From the NCBI GenBank assembly GCA_030390025.1, contig CM059429.1:137950001-138014000 (forward strand): a stretch of 64,000 nt of DNA, read 5' to 3'. Positions 21,471-34,950 of this stretch are shown here, one piece after another. The position numbers and the translations under genes were made by a program. Within the stretch, counting starts at the first letter, position 1. The number at the start of each line of letters is the position of its first letter. The notes under the pieces were generated by a model that ran no database searches, was not told where the DNA came from, and saw only the letters and a program-made list of their open reading frames with translations. The stretch comes from Squalus acanthias (Eukaryota).

Positions 21471-22102
21471 GTAATTTGATTCTTCAGTATTTTACAAGTG
21501 CTAGAGTAATGGGTGATTTATACCCAGTGGTACATGTGAAGTTAGAGAGCACTTGCCTGGAATGTCTTATGTTCCATTACATTTGCTAAAGACACCTTGA
21601 CACGTGTATTGCATTGTACAATATTAAAATGGAATAGATTCTAATTAATTATTTATATAAAGCTAACTTAAATTAGCTGTCTTTTTGCAAAGAATGGTGG
21701 TTGCAAGCAGGTTTGCTCTACTACAGTGTAATTTAACTTGAAGCTGGTGCAGAGAAAAGGGCATTCCAACAGTATCCTGAACTCTTGAAGGAAGACACCC
21801 TTTGAATAATGGACATCATGTTGCTGGGTCACAGATTCCAGCTGCACAGTTGGCGGATATTCAAGTCAGCTGGCCTACATTGTGGTGGCTTTTCGAATTT
21901 GTTTGATACAGGTATCAGACTGAACTCTGGGTGTGGAAGCATGCAATGATTATCAGCAACAACTTGCATTTATATAGCATTGTTGACTTGGAAAAACATC
22001 CCAAAATGCTTACTAGGCGTAAGACTGATGCTGCGCCAAAGAAGAGGCGGGGAATGTATGAGTGTGACAGATGGGCTGAGATAGGGGCAGAGAGGTTACA
22101 TA

Positions 22103-22708
22103 GGTTTTATAGTCTGAAATTGTTGAACTCTATGTTGAGTCTAGAAGGCTGTAAAGTACCTAATCCGTAAGCGTGACCCCGAGCTTCCGGTCGCCTGTCA
22201 CTTTAATTTTCCGCTCCACTCCCACTCTGATCTCTCCGTCCTCAGCCTCTTGCACTGTCCCAACGAAGCTCAACGTAAGCTCGAGGAACAGCACCTCATC
22301 TTTCAATTAGGCACTTTACAGCCTTCTGGACTCCACATCGAGTGCAACAATTTCAGTCTATAACCTAGGCCCCTATTTATTTTTTTATTTTTCTCACATG
22401 GCAGCGGTTGATCATTCTGTCATTGCCATTTACACCTCATCCAGAGTCATGTTTTGTTTCTTAACTTGTTCCATTACCATGTCTTTTTGCCTTGCACCAT
22501 CATCCCTTTTTGTCTTTTGCCTTCCAGCCCATCACAGATCTTCCCTTTGTTCTTTCCTCCCCTTCTCCCTTTCCCTGCCCCTACACTTGCTTAAAAACCT
22601 GTTACATCTCCAGCTTTTTCCAATTTTGACGAAGGGTCATAGACCTGAAACATTAACTCTGTTTCTCTCTCCAGAATGCTGAGTTTTTCCAGCATTTTCT
22701 GTTATTAT
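22103..22708 (+). mobile_element. Penelope family-B 3' fragment with inverted 5' piece
   Basis: Similar to the 60-63 kb element 3' end (aagctcgaggaacagcacctcatc...gacgaagggtc..gacctgaaac). 22103-22167 is inverted. Confidence 0.85.
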
Positions 22709-22987
22709 CTTTGAAACTCTTGACGGTTTATTTAGAGTTTTCTTGTGTAAGTGTCACTATATATGTACCTGCAAACCAGACCATGGTATAAAAATACTAT
22801 TCTAAGTGAGATGTTCTTGTAACAGGATCTTGTGTGCTTAACCTATTTATGAAAATCCACAAACTTTTTAATTTATTTTTTAAAGTAGTTACCTATAGGA
22901 TCACTTACAGGTAAATTGAACTGTATCAGTTAGTGTTCATTTTGAGGTCACTGTTAGAGATAATCTTTGTTCTAATCAAATCCACAG

Positions 22988-23410
22988 ATCCTACATACAC
23001 TGTTCAGCTAAACTCCATGAAGGTACCTAGTTCCTCAGGGGAGTCGGCAGAGCTCGAGTGCCGTGTGTTGGATTTACAAAATGCAGATGATGTGAAGCTG
23101 ACTGTGACCTGGTATTTCAACCCAAAAGGGCAGGATGGAGTTGCCAAAGTGAGTGTCCCTATAGCAACAATGGATCAGGATTGGACACTAAAATTGGACG
23201 ATAAGTATAATGGGCGAGCAGAAAAGGGAGAGATTACTTTTCTGAAGCCTGAGCTACATGCTTTCAAGTTTCAGATGCAGCATGCTCTTGTCTCTGACAG
23301 AGGAGAATATTTTTGCAATGTTTCTGCCTGGATTAAACAGCGAGGTGATGCATGGTTGAAAAAACAAGAAATCTCTTCACTCGCCATTGATGTATTCTGG
23401 AAAACGGAAG
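22988..23410 (+). CDS. PTGFRN: PTGFRN coding exon (Ig-V domain 4)
   Basis: CACAG acceptor. DPTYTVQL...ELECRV...TVTWYF...DRGEYFCNVSAW. Donor G/GTAAAA. Confidence 0.95.
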
Positions 23411-23932
23411 GTAAAATGTTCCTACAGTTTCTGCAAGGTCTCTTTTTTTGTTTTTTTAAATCCAGTGTTTTGCTGTTGTTCAAAAACTTTTTTCTTTAAA
23501 AACATAGAACATCATTGAAATTCTTGGTCAACACTTGTAAATGCTGTTGCAGACAAGGTGGTACTGTTTGAGGAGCTTTTTTTGGTGAGAATTATTTTCA
23601 AGATTTGTTGAAATGGGTTAACATGGGCCAAATTTTTCCCCCCATCCTTTTCCATGCCACCAATTCCACGGGAGGTGCCTGGCCTCTACTCATTCTCCAT
23701 GATCGCATGGCTTAGATTGGGAGAACAAGGTGTGGGTTACTGTTGACACTAATTCACATCCTACCTTTTCAATGTACACTATGCCCTGCTCTCTCTCGTA
23801 GAATAGTTTATGACTAAGGTTAGTGTGTAATATGCAACATGTATGATGCCTTTAGATCGTAGTAGCTGCTGGTTTAGGATTGCGATTAACCTGTCTTTCA
23901 TTGCATTTAATGGTGTTTCCTTCATTTCTTAG

Positions 23933-24346
23933 ACCCAAGCCTAAGTGTTACAGCGACAGAGGAAAAACCAGTATCTACGAGAGGCAACACTTTTGAGATG
24001 ACCTGTAGTGTTTCTGCAGAGCATATTGAAGTTCCTCATTACTCCGTGGTTATAACAATGAATGAGCCAGGCTTTACTGATGCAAAGGACAGCAAAAAGC
24101 TTATTTCGTTGACTCGAGACTCAGTGGTCAAACTGGAGCGGTGGGACGTCAAGGACCGATCGGAGGATGTTGTTCTGGAGAAAGTCGCTGACAAGGAATT
24201 CCGTTTCCGGATGTACAGGACCCAATTTTCCGATGAAGGATCGTATTACTGTGTTGTCCAGGCATGGGTTCCAGATACAAATGGGGGGTGGTCTGAAGCC
24301 ATTGCAAACTTATCCAACTCTGTAGCAGTCGCCTTTAAAACAGCAG
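23933..24346 (+). CDS. PTGFRN: PTGFRN coding exon (Ig-V domain 5)
   Basis: TTAG acceptor. DPSLSVTA...GNTFEMTCSV...PHYSVVI...EFRFRMYRTQFSDEGSYYCVVQAW. Donor G/GTGGGT. Confidence 0.95.
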
Positions 24347-25011
24347 GTGGGTCCTGAATTTAATCAACCAATTGACAGCCATCAACAGATGAAATGGTGG
24401 TGCACACATCTTAATTATTCAGATGTGATTCTACAGAGAAGACTGCTGACCTTGTAATAAAATTAAATTTGTTAATGTGTGGATGGTTTGATTGTAGTTT
24501 AGAATCTGGAAGCCTTGTAAACTCGGGTACAGTAGTAGGGGTAGATTATAAAAGGAGGGAGGAAAATAATGAAGATTGACCTGGGCACCTTGCATCTCCA
24601 CATAGCGGGCTCAATTGGTAAACTGGCAGTGGCTTAGGAGCAGCTTACCTGGTCGTCTTTCGATGAGGAAATCATGGGCAATGTAATGTGGAAGACCTAC
24701 AGAGGGAGCGATAAACATATGAAAATAGTTTGTTTTTTAATCAAAACTCATCATACTGAATGGATCTTAATTTAAAAGAAATGAGATTTTGCAAATATGA
24801 AGCAATTAAGTGTGTGTATATAGTAACTAAGGGAACATTTTTCCATAACTCATTAGCTACTTTTTGCAGTAGTGTCCCAGCTATTTAACTTTGTGCATAT
24901 CATGGCACCCTACGGGGCCAAGTAAAGTTTTAAACTCATGTTCCCATTAATTTGCATACATTTCAAGTTGCTGCAATAACCAACATCGATGTTCCAATTT
25001 CAGACTTGTGC

Positions 25012-25260
25012 CTCTTGGGTGTAAAAGATTCCATAGCTTTCTTCAAACAAGAGCATGGGATTTCGGCCAGTGTCCTGGCCAATATTTATCCCTCAGCCAA
25101 CGCCACTAAAACAGATAATTTGGTTATTTATCTCATTGCTGTTTGTGGGAGCTTGTGGACAAATTGCCTGCCGTGTTTCCCTACATTCCAACTGTGACTT
25201 GCACCTCAAAAGTACGTCTTGGGCTGAAGTCCTGAAGACACTATATAAAAGTTTCTTCTT
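25012..25260 (+). mobile_element. DeuSINE 3' half
   Basis: gtaaaagattccat..tgtcctggccaatatttatccctc..attgctgtttgtgggagcttg. Confidence 0.75.
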
Positions 25261-26994
25261 CCCTGCCTCAAAAATTCAACCGACAAAATTTAAAAATAAG
25301 CTCAAATAGAACGGAGTTGCCTGGGCCGTGCTGCATATGGCCCATGGACTGTAAAGACATCAGTCTTTTATAGTGTGTGCATATATAGAAGCTGAATTTT
25401 TATTTGAGTTATATGGAAATTGTAGCGTAGATTGGCTAATTGCAGCCCCCATTTATCCAAATTCCACCAGGGGTCCCAGTATTGCCACGTGGAAAATCTT
25501 TACCTCCATGTTTAGTCCTTTTTGAGGAGTTGGAGAATTCCATATGTTATGGAAAACATCCTATTGATTATCCATCGGCCCCTGTCAGGCTTTAAGGAGC
25601 TCAGTGTGGCTTTGGGGGTGTGGTGTTGACCTTTCTTTGGTGGGTTGAGAAAGATAGTAATGATGCACAGTAGAGATTTGATCTAAAGTGGCTTGCTATG
25701 GGTCTTCAACCCTAATGTGCAGATACTAGTTTACTTTTGCTGTTGCAACTTTACAAGTAATTTTCATCCAAACTTTTGGCATCACCAGAATGTATTGCTC
25801 AATTCTGGAGCCTAATTATGGTTGTTATTGGTTTTTATGGTTTTTTCCCCCCATTCATTTTTTTAAAGTATTTTTCTGCCCCCCCCCCCCCACACACACA
25901 CACACACACACACTTTTTTTCATTCTTCTCAAATTCCACTTCCCCCCAGTCCCCTTTTATTTTGCCTGGATTTGAAGTGCAAATGTTCCATTTGTATTTT
26001 CAGAAACCCATGCTATCTCTTCCCCTACATTCAGCTGTGTAAAATAACCATGTTTCTTTGATATGCATCAAACTTGACTCTTTCCTGATAAAAATTTGAA
26101 TTAAAAAAAAAACTTTAAGAGAAAATTCCCAGAAAACATTTTCAAAAACAAAGATGTGGAACTCTTGAGTATAATTGAAAGTCCTAATGGGGCTTCAGTG
26201 TGAATAAAACTTGTGAAACAAACCTTAGTATTTTAATGAAATGAGATGGGCGGGGTGGTTCAGTTGGGAATGATTGGCATGTCAAGTGCTTTGATTTTCT
26301 ATAGCACAGTGCAGTTGACCTTTAACCTGCTTGTACACGAATTTTACTTGCATTTATGAGTGCCCTAAAATAAACAGTCAAAAGGTAACTAATAACCTGC
26401 AAATGATTAATCTAGTTCCACTTTACCAGGATTTTCAGTGTGCGTGTGATGAAACCTATAATATATAAACTGGGATTTGTTTTTGAAACTAACTGTGTTC
26501 CTGCAATAATTAATGGAAAGACTATAATTACTGGTGCTTGTCCTATTCGGTGTGCTTCAGGTTCCAAAGCCACCTGAGTTTTGGTTCACGTGACCATGCT
26601 CTATTCTGACATTTCAGCTCTACATTATTATTTTTAGGTTCTCTGCTCATCAATGCACATAGTTTCAGTTTTGGCAGTCCAACTAACTTTAATAGGTGAA
26701 TATTCTGCCCAGTGAAATTCTTGTTAGCATGTCATTTAATACGGAGGATTAATGGATATGCTGTTTTAATCAGGCTGCAGCCACTACACCCGAAAGGGCA
26801 CAAGTTGTGCTTTTTCTCGAGCTGCATTAGGGCTGTATGTGTGGTTTACCATGGTGTTATCAAGTTCAATTTGTCACTGATTCAAATGAGGTTGCTCTCA
26901 CTTCACCACCTCTGGGAGCTTTGAATTTAGCCCAGATGGAGGAAATAAAAATCTTCTGATACAGGACTAGATCGTGTCGAGTGTTAGAATATTG

Positions 26995-27262
26995 CAATGG
27001 CTCAGTGGGTGACGGCACCACCTGTGACACCAAGTTATACAGACACGGTTCCAGGTTCAATTTCCAGTCTGTTCTGAGTTAGCCACAGGATTGGGCTTGG
27101 CTGCAAGGCCCTCCATAGTTGAGTAGCTTTCTGACAATCCCCATCCAAAATTATTAATGAAGAAAAGACACTTTAATGAAGTGTTGGAGGCCAGCCAGTA
27201 CCAACAGAACTGTACGCCAGCAAAAGTCTGTGCCTTCAGGACAGGATAGGAGAAAAAATATT
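26995..27262 (+). mobile_element. Internally deleted LF-SINE-like element
   Basis: tggctcagtggg..ccaggttcaattt..ctgagttagc joined to caggattgggcttggctg..gccttcagg..aggagaaaa. Confidence 0.6.
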
Positions 27263-27461
27263 TTATTTTTAAAAAAAGTTAGCATTTCACTTCTGTGACC
27301 TGGGAGTGAATGTTCCCTCTTATTTTCTGGCTGTTAAGCACATAAGTTTTTAATATTATATCATTTGCAGTTCCAAAGTTTAAAACTGCATTAAATTTAA
27401 TACTGAGTATAATAAAATAAGCCATTGCTTGTCTATTAACTTGTCTCCTCTTGCTCTGCAG

Positions 27462-27569
27462 CTCCCCGGTTTAATGTGACTTTGCAGTCTGAGAAGCCTC
27501 ACGTAAACCAAGGCGAGACTGTGGAGATGAACTGCATTGTTGACCTGTCTGAGATACCTAACAACTCAG
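27462..27569 (+). CDS. PTGFRN: PTGFRN coding exon (first half of Ig domain 6, 108 bp)
   Basis: TGCAG acceptor. APRFNVTLQSEKPHVNQGETVEMNCIV. Donor G/GTAATT. Confidence 0.92.
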
Positions 27570-27699
27570 GTAATTTAGAAAAGTTGTCGCAGGTCTATCA
27601 TGGGTACATACTATTTTCTCAAAAATGGGTTCTTCTACAGGGCTCTTGGCTTCAAGCTGTCATCCTGCCCTCTCACACCTTTCCTCTAGGCGCGTCTGC

Positions 27700-29264
27700 C
27701 ATCGCGGTGCCAACCCGATCAGCAGCAGCAGCGGGCAACCCAATTGAAATAATTATTAGGTAGTTTACAGGCACTTAAGAGCCTTTTTTTCACTTACTTT
27801 TTAAACTTCCCTGCATGGCCACAGGATTCACACAGCTCGGGAACCACGTCTGTCGATGTGAGGCAGGAGTTCTGTGGCCATTGCTCCAGCTGATTACTTG
27901 ACAGCATCAAAAGTACAGTAAAAGCTCCCACCTGACAGATGATCACTTTCCTCAGGCAGAAGCTGTTGCTCAGTCCATTTCCAGCACAGATTCGGCAGGC
28001 TGCAAGTGTTTCCAGCAAGGTCTCCATCCAGTGTCACCTCATTGAAAGAACTCTCTCACCATTGACAGAATGCTTCTGTCGTCTGTACAGCACCTGCCAT
28101 CTATTCCATTAACATGGGTACCATTTATACTGTCTCACCTTAGTCCTCGGAATCCCCAACACCAGCAGCACCAGCCACACCAACAATCACCTGATACTGC
28201 ACAGGACACAGTGCATCAGCACCCGACCACATTGCTGCTGGGAGGCCAGGGATGGCCTCATCATGGCCAGATTTAGTAAACTTTATGCTGTACATCCATA
28301 TGGCTGCCATAATGATGTGCCAGATTGGCACCAGCTCCATAAAGGATCCCTGCAATGACCAAGCCATTCCTTTCACACATCACCATTGTGGGAGGTACCG
28401 TTATGTCTCACCATTCACTGCAATTCACTAAGCCACTTCCAAAGGTGCACACAAATCTGTCCAAGACCGGAAAGTGTGGAAAAATAAAGATTTTTATGTC
28501 TGACACCACATTAACAGAAACTTTACATAAACATTGAATAAAACACCCAAGTGGCTACCCTTGTGTATTGTTAGTTGGTATGATTATATTAGGATGAGGG
28601 TGAGTGAGGGGGCTGGCTAGTGAGATGGGGATGTGATAATGTAGAGAGAGGGAGGGATGGGTGGAGGTGCAAGGTAAGTTGGTGCGAGTAAGGATGTGCA
28701 GGAGTAGGGTAGGGAAGGCAGAGTGATGGGGATGTGATGAGAGGCACAGCAGGATACATTTGAGTGTGTCTAATGTGTCCTGATCTAATGAGATCATTGA
28801 CACGTTTGTGGCACTGCACCCAGGTCTTCCTGACGACATCCCTGCTTGTGACCTCCTCTGCAATCTGCAGCCAGGCTGTCTTGGTGTCCTGGGGAGGTCT
28901 CTTCCACCCATGGGAAGGGAAGAGGACCTTGCTGCGTGCTGTGACTCCCTCCATAAGCATATCAAGAGAGTCATCAGAGAACCTGGGTGCAGCCCTCTGC
29001 CTCTGTGTAGTCATTGTCAGTGTTTGCAGCACTCCAATGCTGCCGTGCACTGGCAGCACTATGTTAGATTAAACTTCAAATGTAATGTGGCCGTGGTCCC
29101 GGCTGAAAACGCATAATGAATGACATCACCAGACCCGCTCCATCTAATTGGGCTGGGTAACGCGCTGGGTGCACTTAATCGGCCCCATTAAGGGAAGTTC
29201 ACTTTGAACAGCGTGACCCGACACCGCCTGCACCAGACCCACACAGGTAGGCAAAATTCCGGCC
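27700..29264 (-). mobile_element. Deleted PIF/Harbinger transposon with Myb/SANT gene remnant
   Basis: Minus strand 28790-29010 RAAPRFSDDSLDMLMEGV..LFP..W.QIAEEV..KTWVQCHKRVNDL (Myb/SANT-like DNA-binding domain). Plus strand AAREARDGLIMARFS*-like transposase C-terminus near 28230-28280. Right end aaaattccggcc. Confidence 0.72.
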
Positions 29265-29269
29265 AAGGA

Positions 29270-29839
29270 GTCTGTTTTGGAGCCATTTAAGGTCCACGCA
29301 TATTTATTTAAACCTGGATTAGCTATCTGAAATTCTTTATAACGTGCTAATTATTAATTACTGCCAATGCACCACTTTGGCACTGAAAATTAACTATTAC
29401 AATTGTGGAGTCTCATTCTTTCAGGTTTTAATTGTTGGATATTTTGAAAATGTGAAATTTAAAATAACAAAACACATTTTTACTTTTCCTTTGCCTATAT
29501 GTCTCTTTCTACCTCACTCTCTTAATCCAATCTTTCTTTCCCCCTCTTTATTTCTCTTTCTGTACCTGATTGACATTGAGTTCACCCACTCTAATTTACA
29601 CTTCCTTCTTCATCCTGCCTCCTGTTTAACCAATCAGACTGAAAGATTGAGAAATAAGGAGAGATCCCGTTGCTTGCCCTGTTCACTCCGATCCCAGATG
29701 CTCGGTTTCCCTCACTGCGACATTATCAGCTCACGCTTTCAGCAACTTGCAACGCAAAATATCGCCAAGATTAAATGGAGTTCAAGTCTCGCTAATGGCA
29801 GACGCCGTTCGATTCGGACCTACTGCAAATTATGGCCCA
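29270..29839. mobile_element. MITE, same family as 13218-13977
   Basis: Shared ggcactgaaaa..gtggagtctcatt..caggttttaattgtt and terminal gcaaattatggccc. Confidence 0.7.
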
Positions 29840-30039
29840 ATACTGTATATTGCAGTGCAAGACCCACCTTTCACCAGAAAGTTCTATTACTGTGACTCCT
29901 TATGCATTGGTGCTGTTCTAGTATTACAATATGCAACTACACCCACCCTTAACCTAGTGTCCCTTGAAACCAGAGCATTTTAGTTTTCTTGGGAAATACC
30001 ACCTCTTCTTCTTGACCCGCCTCTGCCAGCATAACAGAC

Positions 30040-30043
<4 letters not shown>

Positions 30044-30082
<39 letters not shown>
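30044..30082 (+). repeat. (CT)n microsatellite
   Basis: Seen directly. Another (CT)n lies at ~36746-36783. Confidence 0.95.
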
Positions 30083-30084
<2 letters not shown>

Positions 30085-30437
30085 ATCTATCCTCCGCTAC
30101 TCCCTAATTCCCTGAATTCCTGCACTGATTTAACCAACCCATTTTGATTTACAATCATTAAGGATTACTCTAATCCTTTGGGTACTGACAGCCTTTTTAA
30201 CTTTCAAAATATACCCACAATTTATTTGATACAACCTAAAAAATTAGTTTTCTAACATGAAACAAGCTGTACAATATTTCTCAAATCCTGGTGCTTTTAT
30301 GGTAGATGAGGGGCAAGGTTTACATTTTGGTGCAGGGACTGTACTGCGGCTCTTGACAGAGTTGAATTGAATTTAAATATATACTTGATTGTAATGGACT
30401 ATTCATTAATCCAAATTTGACTTACTGATCCTCCTAG

Positions 30438-30743
30438 ATGTCTTGTATGAGGTAGAATGGTTCTTGATCCGACCGTTCTCCTCCATTAACGCAACCCAAA
30501 GTCCTCTCGTGTCGGTAGATCAGAGGTCAGTGGTGACACATCAAAAAAACGTTAGCACCATCGACATCAGCATTGAACGAGTCAGCATGCACGAATTCCG
30601 TCTACGAGCACACTGTTCTGAGAAGAATGTTGCCGGGAATTATTTCTGCAAAGTAACACCGTGGATAAAATCCGAGACTGGAATGTGGCAGAAAATGGCG
30701 CCGCAGCAATCTGATTTACTTTCAATACTCGTTGATATTTCAG
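30438..30743 (+). CDS. PTGFRN: PTGFRN coding exon (second half of Ig domain 6)
   Basis: CCTAG acceptor. DVLYEVEWF...ISIERVSMHEFRLR...GNYFCKVTPWIKSETGMWQK. Donor G/GTTAGT. Confidence 0.94.
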
Positions 30744-31119
30744 GTTAGTTTTGATTTGCTCATAAAGGAGATTCCATTGAACAAAACAAGTGCATTGTTC
30801 TTGGATATGGTTAGGGCTTCTTTCCAGTTTTCCTGGGAACTTTTCATTTTTTAATGAAATCCACGTTAAAACATTTATTTTGCTGGTTATGTTGATTTGT
30901 TAGAAAGTTATGCAATATTATTTGAAGCAAATTAAGAGAATTTTTTTCCTGACTTTCATTTGGGTACTGGAAATGAGAGATGCCATTCTATATAAGATTA
31001 TATGTCCATGTTCACACTGACTGAGGTGCACAGCAACAAAGTGAGATTCTCAATTGGGGAAGTCAAATTGGCAAGTCAAAAAATGTATTGCAGTTGTGAA
31101 TTTGTCAGAAAATTGATTT

Positions 31120-32292
31120 TAAAGGGTGAACAGCCAGAGGTCGTTGTCCATATCGGTACCAACGACATAGGCAGAAAGAGGGATGAGATCCTGCAGGCAG
31201 TTTTTAGGAACCTAGGAGAGAGATTAAAAAGCAGGACCTCAAAGGTAGTAATCGCCAGATTACTCCCGGTGCCACGTGCTAGTGAGTACAGGGATAGGAA
31301 GATAGAACAGATGTATGCGTGGCTGGAGAGATGGTGCAGGAGGGAGGGCTTTAGATTCCTGAGGCATTGGGACCATTTCTGGGCAAGGTGGGACCTGTAC
31401 AAGGCGGACAAATTACACCTCAACAGAGCCGGGACCAATATTCCCGCGGGGAGGTTTGTTAGTGCTGTTGGGGAGGGTTTAAACTAGCTTGGCAGGGGGA
31501 TGGGCACCAGCATATAGGAGTAGAAAAGAGGAATAAGGTGAATAAAAGTGAGTGTGTTGGATAGTACTAGAGGCGGTAGTAGTACCATATTAGATGGGAG
31601 AAGACTAAGAAAAACTATGTAAAATTCAAAAATGGGTTTAGAATGCATGTACGTAAACGCACAAAGTTTGGTGAATAAGATTGGTGAGCTACAAGCACAA
31701 TTAGCTGTGTGGCAATATGATGTTGTGGCAATAACAGAAATGTAGCTTAAAAATGGTGAGGACTGGGCACTTAATATTCAAGGGTACAAGGTGTTCAGAA
31801 AAGATAGGGATGGAAAAAAGGGAGGTGGGGTGGCAGTGCTGATTAAGGAAGACATTGTAGTGTTGGAAAGGGAGGATGTTCTTGAGGGGACAAGGACAGA
31901 ATCCATTTGATTAGAGTTGAGGAGCAAAAAGGGTATGATCACGCTACTGGGGGTATAGGCCTCCAAATAGAGAGAGGGAGTTAGAGGAGCAAATTTGCAG
32001 GGAAATCGCAGAGATATGCAAGAGCTACAGAGTGGTGATATTGGGGGACTTTAATTACCCAAATATCGATTGGGATAATGCTAGGGTAAAGGGAAAGGAG
32101 GGGTGATGAATTTCTGAAATGTGTTCAGGAGAATTTCCTTTACCAGTATGTCCTTGGCCCAACTAGGAAGGAGGCATTGCTGGGGAATGAGGTGGGCCAG
32201 GTCGATCAAGTGTCTGTGGGAGAACACTTTGGTATGAATGATCTTCGTATCATAAGATTTAGATTAGCAATGGAGAGGAGCAAGGAACAGTC
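31120..32292 (+). mobile_element. CR1 fragment: ORF1 SGNH esterase plus ORF2 APE start
   Basis: VVVHIGTNDIG..D.LHLN..G esterase motifs, then YVNA, GGGVAVL, GDFN. Confidence 0.88.
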
Positions 32293-32970
32293 TAGGAAGA
32301 ACCAGATCGTGCTAGAAAATCGGGAATGCATGCTCATAAAGGAACCTGCAAAATTTTCCCCTCTAATTTAAATTTTGGAAAATTGAGTGGTTCTTTTACA
32401 GGAATGTGTTCCAACTTCCAACCCACCCAATCTTCTGGAAATCATTGTGCCCAGGCAATCCAGCGCATCAGGTGGAATCAGTCTATTGAGATGGTAACAT
32501 CCTGAAGACTGTTAAGCAGTGTTGTCAGGAGATGGTTTCTATGACAACACAGTAATTGCTCATATCTCATAAAAGTAAATATGTAATAAAAGCTGGTTTG
32601 ATACGTGGCTTAGACTCTCGCAGCTGTGACACAACACTGATACTGAGCTGAGAAACAGAAGATAAGGGGACATAATCCTCACATTTATAGCATAACCAAC
32701 CAGGTAGATTCTCCTCATTGATGTTTCTCGGTGATTTTTTATTAAAGACCAAGGGAATGTGAGTTAATCAAGCAGCTGAGAGAAGTGAATAAAAGAAGGG
32801 CTCAAAAAATACAATTCAGAAAAACTGGACAAATAAGGTGCCAGAATAGAAAATGAGTATTTGCATAATGCAGGAAGGAATACAAGACCAGAGGAACATA
32901 TACTAACTGAGCTTTTTTTTTTCTGCCTTCCTCTTTCTCTCTCTCATCCCCTCCCTTTCCTCCCCTCTAG

Positions 32971-33134
32971 TGCTAGATTCCTTTAAGATGCCTTTGATAT
33001 ACGGGATTGGCAGTGCCTTAATAATTGCAATTCTCGCCTGTGCAATCGGATACTGTGCTTCTCGATACTGTTCTGGGGAGAAAACTGCAACAAGATATGA
33101 GCAACATAGGTTAATCCCGATGGGCACGGACTAA
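32971..33134 (+). CDS. PTGFRN: PTGFRN last coding exon (TM helix, cytoplasmic tail, stop)
   Basis: Long pyrimidine tract and CTAG acceptor. VLDSFKMPLIYGIGSALIIAILACAIGYCASRYCSGEKTATRYEQHRLIPMGTD*, resembling the PTGFRN FKxPL..G.G...CxIGYC..MD C-terminus. TAA at 33132-33134. Not in the supplied ORF track. Confidence 0.93.
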
Positions 33135-34299
33135 GATGATCTCTTGCGGTGTTGCAGGAGTGACCATTGGATGAACTACAGAAACTACCTACACTCTGCA
33201 ATTTGGGGAGGAAAGAAGCAGATGTTGAGGAGGTGTCTGATATCTTTTTAGAATTTTACCATGTGCAATGATGGCTTTTAAAAAAAAAATACAATGTTCA
33301 GATTTTTGAGTGGGGTAAAAACTCTTTGGGAATGACTGTAATTTTGTGAATTATTTTTTCAGTTCAGTAAGTGATACTGTGGAGATACTGCCAGTGTTTC
33401 TCAACATCTGCCCATTTCTGTTTGTAGAGTAGACCTGGCTCCAGCCACATTTCCTTGGTCTCTGCTGGTCAGTCACCATTATTGTGGTTTCCAATTATTG
33501 GTGGTGGGGTGGGGGTATAAACTGTACACCATTCTCCTGGATGGTAATGTGGATGGGGGTTTGTTCTGTGAATGCGCGTTAAAAAAATTATAGTGAAATA
33601 TTATAAAATTAGTTCGGGCAGAGTGCCAAGTTCCACCAACTTGCTTTAAAAAGGCTGAAGCCAATAGAATGAACAGAATGTTTAACACTGTTCTGGAATA
33701 GATTTTCATTTGGACGAAAGACTGTGGCCCGAAAGGAGACGAGCGGTTTCGCTGCCATGGATTAAAATGGGCTGTAACGGAAGAGATATCTTTTTTGGGT
33801 GCTTGCAGGGAGGGGCAGAGGTTCCATTGTAAATGTTGAATTCCCAAGACACTAATGAGAGAGAATAATAAATTGTGCAACTTTTTATTGCTGCCTTTGA
33901 GCATGCACGGATTGAAATTTACACTAGAGAATATTGCTCCAGACATGGCCCTCTCCAGTACAGTGCGTTTCAAGCTGATCTTGGTATGCAGCAGCTGGTT
34001 TTACGTCAATACAGCTCGCTGTGTCAAATTAAGCTGATTGCAATTAGATGCAGTTCTAAACAAAATGCAGTCAAAATTGGTGACTGATTGCTACTGGCTT
34101 GGCATCCATGCAGATACATTGGGGCAAGTGATTTAGTGTGGTGTGGCATCACGTGGCAAATCACATGATTTTCTATGCTTATTGCACGCGGCACAATTTG
34201 TTCTTTGGAGTATTGTAATATTTGCCTTTTTAAAAGTCCAGAGGCAGTGGAAAGGCTGGTTTCTGAGCAATTTGGAATCATTTGCCGTGAAGGTGGTGC

Positions 34300-34950
34300 A
34301 CCTGCCAGTCCTGGACTTGCGCATTAATACTCATACTGGAGAGAGGAACCGAATGAGGAATCTGATTGACTGCCTCTTCCTCCCATTTTGCACACCAAAA
34401 GGGCGATTGGAGAAGACCATGGCTCTATTTTCCCCCCCTCTATAACTGGCCTGAATTAGGCGACACTGCGGTGAAATGACATTGGGAGAGGAGGCCTACC
34501 ACCAGCACCACCATGGATTTTCCTCCCACCCTAACTGGGAAGGCAGCTGGCTGCCCCTTCACCACCTCGTCACATTAATGATGGTGGAGAGGTGAAGTCC
34601 AGGAAACCCACTCAATTTCGCTGCCTTCTATCGCTACAGACGCTGATCCTAGGGACTGCCAGGAGAGGGGTGACTGATGATGGATTCTGGGGCAGCAATG
34701 CAAGGCCTGTTGCAGTTGCTTTTTTGGAGGGAGTGGCCCCAGTAGTGAAAACCTCTCCTTCTCTTTGGGCCTCGTAACCTTGCCGACTGCAGCGTTGCTG
34801 CATCATCATTGTCTTCCGGCAGTAGCAGGCTCCCTTTCGCTGGCAGGAATCCCTCCCCTTCATCGGTAAACAGCTCCGTCCTGTTAAAATGGGAGTCCAT
34901 CCTCAAACCCCCTCAGGCAGTGAACCCACCCTGGAGGAAAATCCAGGCCT
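34300..34950. mobile_element. GC-rich MITE-like repeat in the putative 3'UTR
   Basis: Ends cctggactt... / ...gaaaatccagg and GC-rich body. Confidence 0.4.

Noticed and set aside
14612-33134. Alternative identity IGSF8, IGSF3 or CD101
   Set aside because: Six Ig domains, a split sixth domain, and the FKxPL..IGYC TM/tail match PTGFRN (IGSF8 has 4 domains, CD101 has 7, IGSF3 has 8).
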